A stretch of 64,000 bases of DNA from an uncultured Clostridia bacterium (GTDB lineage: Bacteria > Bacillota > Clostridia > TANB77 > CAG-508): positions 6,253 through 70,252 of the forward strand of contig CAPYID010000007.1 in assembly GCA_948739805.1 (NCBI GenBank). The letters run 5' to 3'. The notes beneath the pieces were generated by a model. The model saw only the letters and a list, made by a program, of their open reading frames with translations. It was not told the DNA's origin and made no database searches. Below, in pieces: positions 47,427 through 57,304 of the stretch (position 1 is the stretch's first letter; every line of letters starts with the position of its first letter). The position numbers were made by a program, and so were the translations under genes.

Positions 47427-48173
47427 CTATGATTTTTTCTTTTTCTGCATGTAATATGAACATTTTGCTAGAACCACCGTTGGCGTTAGTTTTGAAAAGA
47501 ACTTTGCTAGTTTTATTGTAAAGCCTGGTACTATATAAAATTTATTTTTTAACATTTTATCTACTGTATATCTTGCAACATATTCACTTGTTAAAGATTT
47601 TATTTCAAATTTTACATTTGCTACATTATTAAAATTTGTTTTTACTGGTCCTGGACATAGTAAGCTTATTTTTACTTTTGAGTTTTGTTTATTTAATTCT
47701 TCTCTTATTGCTTCTGAAAGTCTTACTACATATGCCTTTGAAGAATAGTAGGTTGCCATTAATGGTCCTGGCATAAATCCTGCTATTGATGCAACATTTA
47801 GTATTCTCCCACTATTTCTTTTAGTCATATCTTGTAAATATAATTTAGTTAATACATGTAATGCTATTATATTTGTGTCTATAATTGTTAATTCTTTTTC
47901 TAAATCTGTTTCTGTAAATTTTCCAAATTCTCCTAACCCTGCATTGTTCACTAGTATATCTATATCTTTTGCTTGTTCATATAATTTTTTGCAATTTTCT
48001 TCTATTGTTAAATCCATAACTATTATTTCTACTTTTGTTGTTAAGTCTTTCTTTAATTCTTCTAACTTTTCTTTATTTCTTGCTACTATTACTAGGTCAT
48101 ATCCTCTTTTTGATAATTCTCTTGCAATGTCTCTTCCTATTCCAGAAGAGGCTCCTGTTATTAAAGCTCTCAT
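47427..48173 (-). CDS. SDR family oxidoreductase
   Basis: TGASSGIGRDIA, NNAG, YSSSKAY. Confidence 0.88.
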   Translation of the reverse strand: MRALITGASSGIGRDIARELSKRGYDLVIVARNKEKLEELKKDLTTKVEIIVMDLTIEENCKKLYEQAKDIDILVNNAGLGEFGKFTETDLEKELTIIDTNIIALHVLTKLYLQDMTKRNSGRILNVASIAGFMPGPLMATYYSSKAYVVRLSEAIREELNKQNSKVKISLLCPGPVKTNFNNVANVKFEIKSLTSEYVARYTVDKMLKNKFYIVPGFTIKLAKFFSKLTPTVVLAKCSYYMQKKKKS

Positions 48174-48380
48174 AATTTATTTTTCTCCTTAATATCTTTA
48201 TTGATTATACAAATTTTTGTTCTTTTTAGTATTGACATTTTCTCAATTTTATATTAAACTTATTTTCATAGGAAATGAGAATAAGCAGATGTATGTTGCC
48301 ACTTTTAATCCGTGATTTTTTTCATAGGAATGGAGGTGGTAATTTCATTATCTCCATAATGATAGTTTTTTTGCAATAGA

Positions 48381-48404
48381 GGGCACATGCAATGTGCCCC
48401 TACA
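48381..48404 (-). repeat. REP-like palindromic unit
   Basis: On the + strand: GGGCACAT-GCA-ATGTGCCC-CTACA. The first 23 nt are identical to 57241..57263. Confidence 0.75.
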
Positions 48405-48433
48405 ATACATATTTTGTTTTATGTTTTCTAAAC

Positions 48434-48457
48434 GGACGCCCAAAGGGCGCCCCTACA
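48434..48457 (-). repeat. REP-like palindromic unit
   Basis: On the + strand: GGACGCCC-AAA-GGGCGCCC-CTACA (one A-C mismatch). Same subfamily as 45154..45177. Confidence 0.7.
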
Positions 48458-48467
48458 TATCTAATAT

Positions 48468-51400
48468 TTAAATTTTAGTTACATCAATATTTATTTTTTC
48501 TCCATTGATATTACATTCTGTGTATTCTTTTCTTTCTGCATTATATACTATCTCTATTGTTAATGTTTCTTTTTTTATTTCTGGCTTATTCTTTTCTATA
48601 ATGTCTTGTAAGGTTTTATTTCCATTTACATATAATGTAATTCTGTCTAATACTTCAAATCCTTTGTCTTTTCTCATGTTTTGTATTTTTGATATTAATT
48701 CTCTTACATACCCTTCTTCTCTTAGTTCTTCTGTTATTGTTGTATCTAATACTACACCTAGTGTTCCTGTTCCTGCAAATGCAAATCCTTCTATTCCTTG
48801 CATTGTTACAAGTAAATTTTCTGCATTTAATTCTATTTCTGTTTCTCCTAATTTCGCTATAACTGATTCACCATTTTTGATTTTTGATGCTAATTCCATT
48901 TGATTTTGAGCTGATATATATTTCTTTATTTCTGGAATTAGTTTTCCATATGTTTTTCCTAATACTGGTAAATTAGGCATTATATTAAAGTTTACATATT
49001 TTGATAAATCTGCTCCTAGTACTACTGTCTTTATATTTAATTCTTCTTTTATAATGTCTCCATAATAGTCTGGAATCGCTTTTTCTGATATTAACATTTT
49101 TGAAAGTGGTTGCCTATTTTTTATATTAGCTGAGTTTCTTGCACTTCTTCCTAATTTTACTAAGTTGTATGCTAATTCCATTTCTTCTTCTAGCTTTTTG
49201 TCTACTTCTTCTACATGATATTCTGGCCACATGTTTAAATGAACACTTTCTTTAGCATTCCTATCAAGTGATACTACTAAGTTTTGATACATATTTTCTG
49301 TTATAAATGGTACAAATGGTGCTGCTACTTGGCATAGTGTTACTAAAACTCTATATAGTGTTATAAATGCTCCTAATTTGTCATCTGTTAGTGCATTTGC
49401 CCAAAATCTGCTTCTGTTTCTTCTTACATACCAGTTTGAAAGTTCATCTGTAAAATTTTCTATATCTAGTGCTGCTCCTGTTATATCATATGCATCTAAT
49501 TTTTCATCTACAGATTTTACTAATGTGTTTAATTTACTTACTATCCATTTGTCCATTACATTTTCTGAGATAAATCCTTTATGTTCTAATGGATTAATTT
49601 TATCTATCTCTGCATATAAAACATAGAAAGAATATACATTCCATAAAGTTCCTAAAAATCTTCTTGAGGTTTCCCCAACATCTTCTTTTGAAAATCTTGT
49701 TGGTAGCCATGGTGCACTTGATGTATAGAAATGCCATCTTGTAGCATCTGCTCCTTCGCCTTCCATTACTTCAAATGGGTCTACAACATTTCCTTTTGAT
49801 TTTGACATTTTTAATCCTTTTTTGTCTAGGACATGTCCTAATACTATACAGTTTTCAAATGCTGATTTTCCAAATACCGCAGTTGATACAGCAAGTAATG
49901 TATAGAACCACCCTCTAGTTTGATCTACTGCTTCTGATATAAATTGTGCTGGGAAATTCTTTTCAAATAATTCTTTATTTTCAAAAGGATAATGTAATTG
50001 CGCAAAAGGCATTGATCCTGAATCAAACCAACAATCCATAACTTCTTTTACTCTTGTCATTTCTTTTCCACATTCAGGGCATTTTAAATGCACATCATCT
50101 ATATATGGTTTATGAAGTTCTATATCTTCTGGTACATTTATTCCTTTTTCTTTTAAATCTTTTATGCTTCCTATACATTCTTCATGTCCACATTCACATT
50201 GCCATATTGGAAGTGGTGTTCCCCAATATCTATCTCTTGAAATACACCAATCTATTACATTTTCTACAAAGTTTCCGAATCTTCCTGTTCTTATTGTATC
50301 TGGATACCAATGAATTTTGTTGTTATTTTCAACTAGTTCATCTTTTAATGTAGACATTGCTACAAACCAGCTATCCTTTGGATAGTATAATAATGGTGTG
50401 TCACATCTCCAACAATGTGGATATGAGTGCATATGTCTTTCTGCTTTAAATAGTTGATTCATGTTTTTTAAGTATTCTATTATACTTTCATTACATTTTC
50501 TAATATCTTTTCCTGCCCAAGGTGTAATTTCTGAAACGAATTTTCCATCTTTGTCAACAATATTTATAAATGCTATTCCATTTTGTTTTCTAACAACAGT
50601 ATCTTCCTCACCATAGGGTGCAATATGAACTATTCCTGTGCCATCTGATAAACTTACATAATCTCCATGTATTACAACAAAAGCCTTTCCCTCTACTTTT
50701 GCAAATGGCATTAATTGCTCATATTTTGTTCCTAATAATTCTTCACCCTTAAATTCTTTTATTATTTTGTATTTTCCTTCTCCCAATATTTTGTCACACA
50801 AATCTTTAGCCAGTATGTATATTTCTCCTGGTTTCATATTGCAATTCTCATCTACTTCAATATCTTCTTTAAGTTTAGCTTCTACATAAGTGAAATTTTT
50901 ATTTACACATATAGCTAAATTTGAAGGTAATGTCCATGGAGTTGTTGTCCATGATAGGATGTATTTATTTTCATCAACTTTAAACTTTGCTATACAAGTT
51001 ATATCATTTACATCTTTATATCCCTGAGCAAGTTCATGTGAAGACAAAGCTGTACCACATCTTGGACAATATGGCATAACTTTATGTCCTTGATATATTA
51101 AATTTTTGTCCCACATTTGTTTTACTGCCCACCAAATAGATTCTATGTATTCATTATGGTAGGTTACATATGGTTTTTCCATATCAACCCAGTAACCTAT
51201 TTGGTTTGTCATTTTTTCCCATTGTGAAACATAGTTAAATACACTTGATTTACAGTCTTTGATAAATTTTTCTACACCATATTCTTCTATTTGTGCTTTC
51301 CCAGATATTCCAAGTTTTTTTTCTATTTCAAGTTCTACTGGTAATCCTTGTGTATCCCATCCAGCTTTTCTAATTACTTTATAACCTTTCATTACTTTAT

Positions 51401-51611
51401 ATCTTGGTATAATATCTTTCATAACTCTAGTTAAAATATGTCCAACATGTGGTTTACCATTAGCTGTTGGTGGTCCATCATAAAATGTAAAGTATTCTCC
51501 ATCTTTGTTTAATTTGAAATTTTTATCTATTATGTCTTTTTCCTTCCACATGTTTAAAACTTCTCTTTCCATTCCTGGAAAACCATTTGGTAATTCAACT
51601 TTTTTGTACAT
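48468..51611 (-). CDS. ileS: isoleucine--tRNA ligase (long, type 2 form)
   Basis: 1047 aa with the HIGH region [17 protein letters not shown], and a CP1 editing domain. Confidence 0.96.
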   Translation of the reverse strand: MYKKVELPNGFPGMEREVLNMWKEKDIIDKNFKLNKDGEYFTFYDGPPTANGKPHVGHILTRVMKDIIPRYKVMKGYKVIRKAGWDTQGLPVELEIEKKLGISGKAQIEEYGVEKFIKDCKSSVFNYVSQWEKMTNQIGYWVDMEKPYVTYHNEYIESIWWAVKQMWDKNLIYQGHKVMPYCPRCGTALSSHELAQGYKDVNDITCIAKFKVDENKYILSWTTTPWTLPSNLAICVNKNFTYVEAKLKEDIEVDENCNMKPGEIYILAKDLCDKILGEGKYKIIKEFKGEELLGTKYEQLMPFAKVEGKAFVVIHGDYVSLSDGTGIVHIAPYGEEDTVVRKQNGIAFINIVDKDGKFVSEITPWAGKDIRKCNESIIEYLKNMNQLFKAERHMHSYPHCWRCDTPLLYYPKDSWFVAMSTLKDELVENNNKIHWYPDTIRTGRFGNFVENVIDWCISRDRYWGTPLPIWQCECGHEECIGSIKDLKEKGINVPEDIELHKPYIDDVHLKCPECGKEMTRVKEVMDCWFDSGSMPFAQLHYPFENKELFEKNFPAQFISEAVDQTRGWFYTLLAVSTAVFGKSAFENCIVLGHVLDKKGLKMSKSKGNVVDPFEVMEGEGADATRWHFYTSSAPWLPTRFSKEDVGETSRRFLGTLWNVYSFYVLYAEIDKINPLEHKGFISENVMDKWIVSKLNTLVKSVDEKLDAYDITGAALDIENFTDELSNWYVRRNRSRFWANALTDDKLGAFITLYRVLVTLCQVAAPFVPFITENMYQNLVVSLDRNAKESVHLNMWPEYHVEEVDKKLEEEMELAYNLVKLGRSARNSANIKNRQPLSKMLISEKAIPDYYGDIIKEELNIKTVVLGADLSKYVNFNIMPNLPVLGKTYGKLIPEIKKYISAQNQMELASKIKNGESVIAKLGETEIELNAENLLVTMQGIEGFAFAGTGTLGVVLDTTITEELREEGYVRELISKIQNMRKDKGFEVLDRITLYVNGNKTLQDIIEKNKPEIKKETLTIEIVYNAERKEYTECNINGEKINIDVTKI

Positions 51612-51693
51612 GTTTATTCCTCCCCTACTATAATTAATAATTAATAGTGAATAGTTAATAATTATTCATTATTCATTATTCACTATCAAATTT

Positions 51694-53007
51694 TTAAGCA
51701 CTTTGTTTGTTTTTTTCTATTACTTTTTTTCTTTTCTTTTTCGTTGTAGAGTTTTGTCCTTTATTTTCATTTATAACTAATTTAGGTTGCTCATGGTTTA
51801 ATACTGTTTCTTTAGTTATAATACATTTTTCAATTTTATTATTCGAAGGTATATCAAACATAATATCTCTCATTATTTCTTCTATAATTGAACGAAGTCC
51901 TCTTGCGCCTGTATTTCTTTCTATCGCCTTATTTACAATTGCTTGTAGTGCTCCATCTTCAAATTCTAATTCTACTCCATCTAATTCTAATAATTTTTTA
52001 TATTGTTTGACTAAAGCATTTTTGGGTTCTGCCACTATTTTAATAAGTGCTTCTTTATTTAATTCTTTTAGTGTGGTTACAATAGGCAATCTCCCTACAA
52101 ATTCTGGAATTAGTCCAAATTTCAATAAATCTTGTGGTAATAACTCTTCATATGCTTTATATTTATCTATTTCTTGATTACTATCTTTTTCTTGACCAAA
52201 TCCTATTAATTTTTTTCCTATTCTTTCGTTAATAATTTTGTCTAGTCCCTCAAATGCTCCTCCACAAATAAATAATATGTTTTCTGTATTTATTTGAATT
52301 AGCTCTTGATGAGGATGTTTCCTTCCTCCTTGAGGTGGAACTGAAGCAATTGTTCCTTCTATTATTTTTAAGAGTGATTGTTGTACTCCTTCTCCACTAA
52401 CATCTCTTGTAATTGATGGATTTTCTGACTTTCTTGTTATTTTATCTATTTCATCAATATATACAATTCCTTGTTCCGCTTTTTCTACATCATAATCTGC
52501 AGATTGAATTAATTTTAATAGTATATTTTCTACATCTTCTCCTACATATCCTGCCTCTGTTAGTGTTGTTGCATCTGCTATTGCAAATGGAACATTTAAG
52601 ATTTTAGCTAAGGTTTGTGCTAATAATGTTTTTCCACAACCTGTAGGTCCTAGTAATAATACATTACTTTTTTGAATTTCAACATCATCAATATCTTCTT
52701 GATTATTTATTCTTTTATAATGATTGTATACTGCTACTGCTAAAGTTTTTTTCGCATCTTCTTGGCCTATTACATAATCATCTAATATATTTTTTATTTC
52801 TTGTGGGTTTGGTAATTCTTTTTTTTCTTCTTCTATTGCATATTGCATATTATCATATTCTAAATCGTCTTCATCTAATATATTTCTACATACGCCTATA
52901 CATTCATCGCATATATATACTCCTGGTCCTGCGATTATTCTTTTTACTCCTGTTTGTGGTTTTCCACAAAAGGAACATTTTATATTTTTCTCTTTACTCT
53001 TTGGCAT
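51694..53007 (-). CDS. clpX: ATP-dependent Clp protease ATP-binding subunit ClpX
   Basis: N-terminal zinc finger CSFCGK...CDEC, Walker A GPTGCGKT, and an IGF-type loop region. Confidence 0.97.
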   Translation of the reverse strand: MPKSKEKNIKCSFCGKPQTGVKRIIAGPGVYICDECIGVCRNILDEDDLEYDNMQYAIEEEKKELPNPQEIKNILDDYVIGQEDAKKTLAVAVYNHYKRINNQEDIDDVEIQKSNVLLLGPTGCGKTLLAQTLAKILNVPFAIADATTLTEAGYVGEDVENILLKLIQSADYDVEKAEQGIVYIDEIDKITRKSENPSITRDVSGEGVQQSLLKIIEGTIASVPPQGGRKHPHQELIQINTENILFICGGAFEGLDKIINERIGKKLIGFGQEKDSNQEIDKYKAYEELLPQDLLKFGLIPEFVGRLPIVTTLKELNKEALIKIVAEPKNALVKQYKKLLELDGVELEFEDGALQAIVNKAIERNTGARGLRSIIEEIMRDIMFDIPSNNKIEKCIITKETVLNHEQPKLVINENKGQNSTTKKKRKKVIEKNKQSA

Positions 53008-53097
53008 TAACGTGCCTCCTATTTATTATATTTTATTATTGTTTCATTTGGTTTCATTTTTATACTCTATTCTTTTGTATATTTAAAAAATTTGATT

Positions 53098-53172
53098 ATA
53101 GGGGCATATTGCAATGTACCCGCTTTAAAATTATCTTTAATTTCTGCTAGCACGCTACAACATGCCCCTACG
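53098..53172. repeat. inverted pair of REP-like units (REPIN-like doublet) in the clpX-clpP spacer
   Basis: 53098-53121 ATAGGGGCATATTGCAATGTACCC has its head on the + strand. 53146-53172 ...ACATGCCCCTACG has its head on the minus strand. AGGGGCAT and ATGCCCCT form an 8-bp outer inverted repeat. Confidence 0.6.
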
Positions 53173-53224
53173 ATTTATTAATATATACTACACGTCTATG
53201 TCTAATTTTGGGCTTGTTTTAATT

Positions 53225-53833
53225 TTATTGTGGTCTTTCCATTATTCCATCTATTAATCCATACTTTAATGCTTCTTCTGCTGTCATGTAGTTGTCTCTT
53301 TCTGTATCTTTATTAATTACTTCTAATGGTTGACCTGTTCTTTCACTTAAAATTTTGTTTAATTTCTCTCTCGTTTTTACCATATGATCTGCATGTATTT
53401 TAATTTCTGTTGTTTGCCCTTGTATTCCACCACCCATTATTAATGGTTGGTGTATTAATATTTCTGAGTTTGGTGTTGCATAACGTTTTCCTTTTGTTCC
53501 TGAGGCTAGTAGTACTGCTCCCATACTTGCTGCCATCCCTATACATATTGTTGATACTGGGCATTTTATATAATTAATTGTATCATATATTGCCATACCA
53601 GCTGTTATAGAACCTCCTGGACTATTTATGTATAAATAAATTTCTTTGTCTGGATCTTCTGCTTCTAGAAATAATAGTTCTGCAACTATTACATTTGCAC
53701 TTGCTTGGTCTACCTCTTCTCCTAAAAATATTATTCTGTCTTTTAATAATCTTGAGTATATATCATATGATCTCTCACCTTTGTTTGTTTGTTCAATTAC
53801 ATATGGTATTAATGTATTTTTTTCATCTAACAT
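53225..53833 (-). CDS. clpP: ATP-dependent Clp protease proteolytic subunit
   Basis: 202 aa with the catalytic context GMAASMG and IHQP. Confidence 0.97.
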   Translation of the reverse strand: MLDEKNTLIPYVIEQTNKGERSYDIYSRLLKDRIIFLGEEVDQASANVIVAELLFLEAEDPDKEIYLYINSPGGSITAGMAIYDTINYIKCPVSTICIGMAASMGAVLLASGTKGKRYATPNSEILIHQPLIMGGGIQGQTTEIKIHADHMVKTREKLNKILSERTGQPLEVINKDTERDNYMTAEEALKYGLIDGIMERPQ

Positions 53834-53865
53834 AAATTTTTCCTCCCTTGTTCAATTAATTTTAA

Positions 53866-55149
53866 TTATTTGATTTTTGCATTGTCAACAATAAATTTTA
53901 CAACTTTTTCATTTACTATAAAGTTTTTAATATAGTTCATAAATTGTTCGTTTTGTTTTAATTCATCTGCTGATTTTCGATAAGCATCTGCCATTTCCGT
54001 AACTTTTGTATTAATAGCTTCTTCTTCTGGTTCTATTTTTTCCTCTTTTATTATTGCTTCTAATACTAATCTTGTTTTTACAGATATTTTAGCTTGTTCC
54101 TCATTTTCTTTTCTAAATTCTTCAGTTGTTTTTCCTACCATTTGTAAATAGTTTTCTAAATTCATTCCTTGATATTGTAGTCTTGTTTCAACATCTTTTA
54201 CTATATTATCTATTTCTGTTTCTATCATTCCTGATGGAATATCAATTTCTGTGTTTTCACATACAGCTTTTATTGCCTCATCTTCTGTTTCATACTTTTC
54301 TCTATTTTTATTCTCGTCTTCTAATTTTTCTTTTATACTAGCTTTTAATTCTTCTAGTGTGTCGAATTCACTTGTGTCTTTTGCGAATTCGTCATTAATT
54401 TCTGGTATTTCCTTCTTCTTTATTTCATGCACTTTAACCTTAAATGTTGCATCTTTTCCTTTTAAGTCTTCAGAAAAATATTCTTCAGGAAATTTTACAT
54501 TAATGTCCTTTTCTTCATCTATCTTCATTCCAACCATTTGATCTTCAAATCCTGGAATAAAAGTATTACTTCCTATTTCTAGTTCATATCCTTCTGCTTT
54601 TCCACCTTCAAATGCTTTTCCTTCAACAAATCCTTCAAAATCCATTACAACTGTATCTTTATGTTCAACTGGTCTATCTTCTACTACAACTAGTCTAGAA
54701 TTTCTTTCTGCCATTGTATTTAATTCTTTGTTAATATCCTCTTCAGATACAGGATATTCTATTTTTCTAATTTGCACACCTTTATATTTTCCAAGTTTTA
54801 CTTCTGGCTTTGTTTGGATAACTGCTGTAAAAATCAATTCTTTCCCTTTTTCCATTTGTTTAACTTCAATTTCTGGTTTACTTACTGGTTCAATATTATT
54901 TGTTTTTATTTCTTCTTCAAATACTGGTGGAACAACCTCATTGAAAGCATCTTCATAAAATATTTCTGTACCATATATTCTTTCTGCCATTTCAAATGGA
55001 GCTTTTCCTTTTCTAAATCCTGGTATATTAAAATATTTTGAACTCTTTGCATATACTGTTTTTATTGCTTTTTCAAATTTCTCTGTTTCTATTGTAAATT
55101 CTAATTTTAATTCATTTGCATTCTCTGTTTTTTCAATTTTCACGCTCAT
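53866..55149 (-). CDS. tig: trigger factor
   Basis: 427 aa with the ribosome-binding motif GFRKGKAP and a central FKBP domain. Conserved tig-clpP-clpX order. Confidence 0.96.
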   Translation of the reverse strand: MSVKIEKTENANELKLEFTIETEKFEKAIKTVYAKSSKYFNIPGFRKGKAPFEMAERIYGTEIFYEDAFNEVVPPVFEEEIKTNNIEPVSKPEIEVKQMEKGKELIFTAVIQTKPEVKLGKYKGVQIRKIEYPVSEEDINKELNTMAERNSRLVVVEDRPVEHKDTVVMDFEGFVEGKAFEGGKAEGYELEIGSNTFIPGFEDQMVGMKIDEEKDINVKFPEEYFSEDLKGKDATFKVKVHEIKKKEIPEINDEFAKDTSEFDTLEELKASIKEKLEDENKNREKYETEDEAIKAVCENTEIDIPSGMIETEIDNIVKDVETRLQYQGMNLENYLQMVGKTTEEFRKENEEQAKISVKTRLVLEAIIKEEKIEPEEEAINTKVTEMADAYRKSADELKQNEQFMNYIKNFIVNEKVVKFIVDNAKIK

Positions 55150-55259
55150 TACTTTTTCTTCCTCTCTACTTTTTTAATTTTAATGTTATTATTATATCCA
55201 CTTTTTTATTTGGTGTCAATATTTTTAGGTAATTTATCATGGTAATTTATTCAGCAAAC

Positions 55260-55283
55260 GGACGAGCAATGCTCACCCCTATA
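55260..55283 (-). repeat. REP-like palindromic unit
   Basis: On the + strand: GGACGAGCAATGCTCACCCCTATA. Differs at 1 position from 30849..30872. Confidence 0.7.
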
Positions 55284-55322
55284 TTCATTCATAATATTTT
55301 ATAATTATTTTCTATATTTCAT

Positions 55323-55374
55323 GGGTACAGCGGTGTCATTTCTATGGGGTATTGCCTCAAAAGGTGCCCCTACA
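55323..55374 (-). repeat. 52-nt conserved intergenic element, copy 2
   Basis: GGGTACAGCGGTGTCATTTCTATGGGGTATTGCCTCAAAAGGTGCCCCTACA, followed by a TCTAA-rich run at 55378-55412. Confidence 0.7.
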
Positions 55375-55411
55375 TATTCTAACTTCTAGTCTCTAATATC
55401 TAATCTCTATC

Positions 55412-57034
55412 TCAATATTGCCTTACCCATTCTTCTATATTATAGAATATATTATAAAAATTTGGTGTTATTCTTCCTTGTAAATCTTGTGTATATATTA
55501 CAGTTCCTCTATTAAAGTATAAACTTACATATGGTCTTTCTTCTTCTATTAATCTTATTAATTGTTTATATTTATTTTGTAGTTCAGTTTCATTATCTGA
55601 TAAGTCTGCAATTTCTCTTAAAAGTTCATTTGCTTCTGTGTCTTCAAATTGTGATAGATTTCCATTTCCTATATAACTTGTTAGATCAGGGCTAATTCCA
55701 ATTAGTTTACCTGTTAAAATCATATCATAGTTTTTGTTTTCTAAATATTTGGCATATTGCGATGAATTTGCCCTTATTATATTTACGATTATTCCTGTTT
55801 CTGCTAGTTGCTTTTCAATTTCTTCTGCAACTGCAAGCCTTTTTAAATTATTCGCATCTACTACTAAATTTAAGCTTGCTCTCATAGTTGTTCCACTCTC
55901 TTGTTTTTGCCAATTTCCACTTACTAATTCCCAGCCAGCTTCTTCTAATAATTCTTTTGATTTATTTGTGTTATAACTAGAACTTACTTTTTCTACTTTA
56001 TATAAATAGTTTGATGTACTTACTGGAAAGTCTGCTACATAATATTTATTTTCATATACAGAGGTTACTATATTTGACTTGTCTATTGCATAGTTAATTG
56101 CTTTTCTTAGTTCTTCGTTTCTTAGTGCTCCACTTGAACAATTAAGTGCTAAATAGTCATATTCTCTTCCTATATATTCTACTGTTTTATATCCCATTGT
56201 TCCTATATGTTCTTCATAATTTAAACTTTGTGTAGTCATTAAATCAAGGTTTCCTAGCTTAAAAGCATTATACGCTTCGCCAGCAGATGCATACATTTTT
56301 ACTAAAATATTTTCTAATGATAAATTTTTTCCAGATGATAGACCCCACCAATTAGTGTTCTTTTTTAGTTCTATTTCTGTGCTTGTTATATTTCCAATCA
56401 CATATTTTCCTGTTCCTGGTGCATTATTATTTTTTAAACTTGTTGCAATTGCATCATTTTCATAATATTGTGATGACATTATGGGAAATGTTAAATTATA
56501 TTCAAAAAATGGTATCTTATCATCTATTGTTATTTTTATTGTATAAGTACTTAATATTTCTACATTTACTATATGATGTATATTTGAATAATAAATTGAG
56601 TTTCCTCCTATTGCTGCAATTTGTTCTATTGTGAATTTCACATCATTTGCTGTGAGTTCTCCTCCATTTTGCCATTTAATTCCTTCTTTTAAAACTACTA
56701 CATATGCTGTATCGCTAAGGTTTATCCATTCTTTTGCTAAACAATTTTCAATTTGGTAGTCTTCTGTAATTGATAGCATTGGCTCATATATTAGTTTAGA
56801 TATATCTTGCACATTTTGATTATTGCTTGTTATTGGATTTATTGTATCAATGCTTATAGCAGCAATTCTTAATGTTGTTATTGTCGTCAATTTTTTTTCT
56901 TCCTTTTCTTGAGCTGTTTCTTCTACTGCGTTTTCATCATTTCCTTTTTTATTTAAGAATACTGCACATATAATTAATACTATTACAAATATTACAAATA
57001 CATATTTTAAAAAATTGTATTTCTTCATAATCAA
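55412..57034 (-). CDS. ABC transporter substrate-binding protein, family 5 (peptide/nickel type)
   Basis: 540 aa with an N-terminal TM/signal anchor and SBP_bac_5-like sequence. No permease or ATPase genes are adjacent. Confidence 0.8.
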   Translation of the reverse strand: MIMKKYNFLKYVFVIFVIVLIICAVFLNKKGNDENAVEETAQEKEEKKLTTITTLRIAAISIDTINPITSNNQNVQDISKLIYEPMLSITEDYQIENCLAKEWINLSDTAYVVVLKEGIKWQNGGELTANDVKFTIEQIAAIGGNSIYYSNIHHIVNVEILSTYTIKITIDDKIPFFEYNLTFPIMSSQYYENDAIATSLKNNNAPGTGKYVIGNITSTEIELKKNTNWWGLSSGKNLSLENILVKMYASAGEAYNAFKLGNLDLMTTQSLNYEEHIGTMGYKTVEYIGREYDYLALNCSSGALRNEELRKAINYAIDKSNIVTSVYENKYYVADFPVSTSNYLYKVEKVSSSYNTNKSKELLEEAGWELVSGNWQKQESGTTMRASLNLVVDANNLKRLAVAEEIEKQLAETGIIVNIIRANSSQYAKYLENKNYDMILTGKLIGISPDLTSYIGNGNLSQFEDTEANELLREIADLSDNETELQNKYKQLIRLIEEERPYVSLYFNRGTVIYTQDLQGRITPNFYNIFYNIEEWVRQY

Positions 57035-57240
57035 TTCCTTTCTAAAAAAAGCAATTATTGTATTTCCTATTTTTGTTAAAACTATTTTATATTATTTTCC
57101 ATTTTTATGCAATATATAATATAAGAACAAATAAGAAAAATCAAAGATTTTTCTTTAATTTGTTCTCTCCCTACCAAAGTTTTCGACTGTAAGGAGAAAA
57201 TCTCAAGGGCTAGCGATTATAGCATTTATATAATAGGAAA

Positions 57241-57263
57241 GGGCACATGCAATGTGCCCCTAC
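57241..57263 (-). repeat. REP-like palindromic unit
   Basis: On the + strand: GGGCACATGCAATGTGCCCCTAC, identical to 48381..48403. Confidence 0.75.
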
Positions 57264-57304
57264 TGTACAAGACTTTATGATAAATTTAATGTTATAATTC
57301 TTTA

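Noticed and set aside
48232-48379. + strand promoter (TTGACA, 17 nt, TAAACT at 48232-48260) driving a 34-codon ORF 48275..48379 (MRISRCMLPLLIRDFFHRNGGGNFIISIMIVFLQ), a possible small hydrophobic toxin.
   Set aside because: The AGGA sits directly against the ATG, so the RBS is not properly spaced. There is no conservation evidence and it could easily be chance in AT-rich DNA. Kept only as a note.
48381-48457. CRISPR array suggested by closely spaced GC-rich palindromic repeats (also at 55260-55374 and 53098-53172).
   Set aside because: Only two units occur per locus, the units belong to different subfamilies, the spacing is irregular, and there are no cas genes. They fit REP-like elements instead.
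51661-51681. Three perfect tandem copies of ATTATTC just downstream of clpX, inside a 10-bp inverted repeat (51644-51653 / 51677-51686).
   Set aside because: Short low-complexity repeat in AT-rich DNA. It is probably part of a weak terminator or spacer and nothing more specific.
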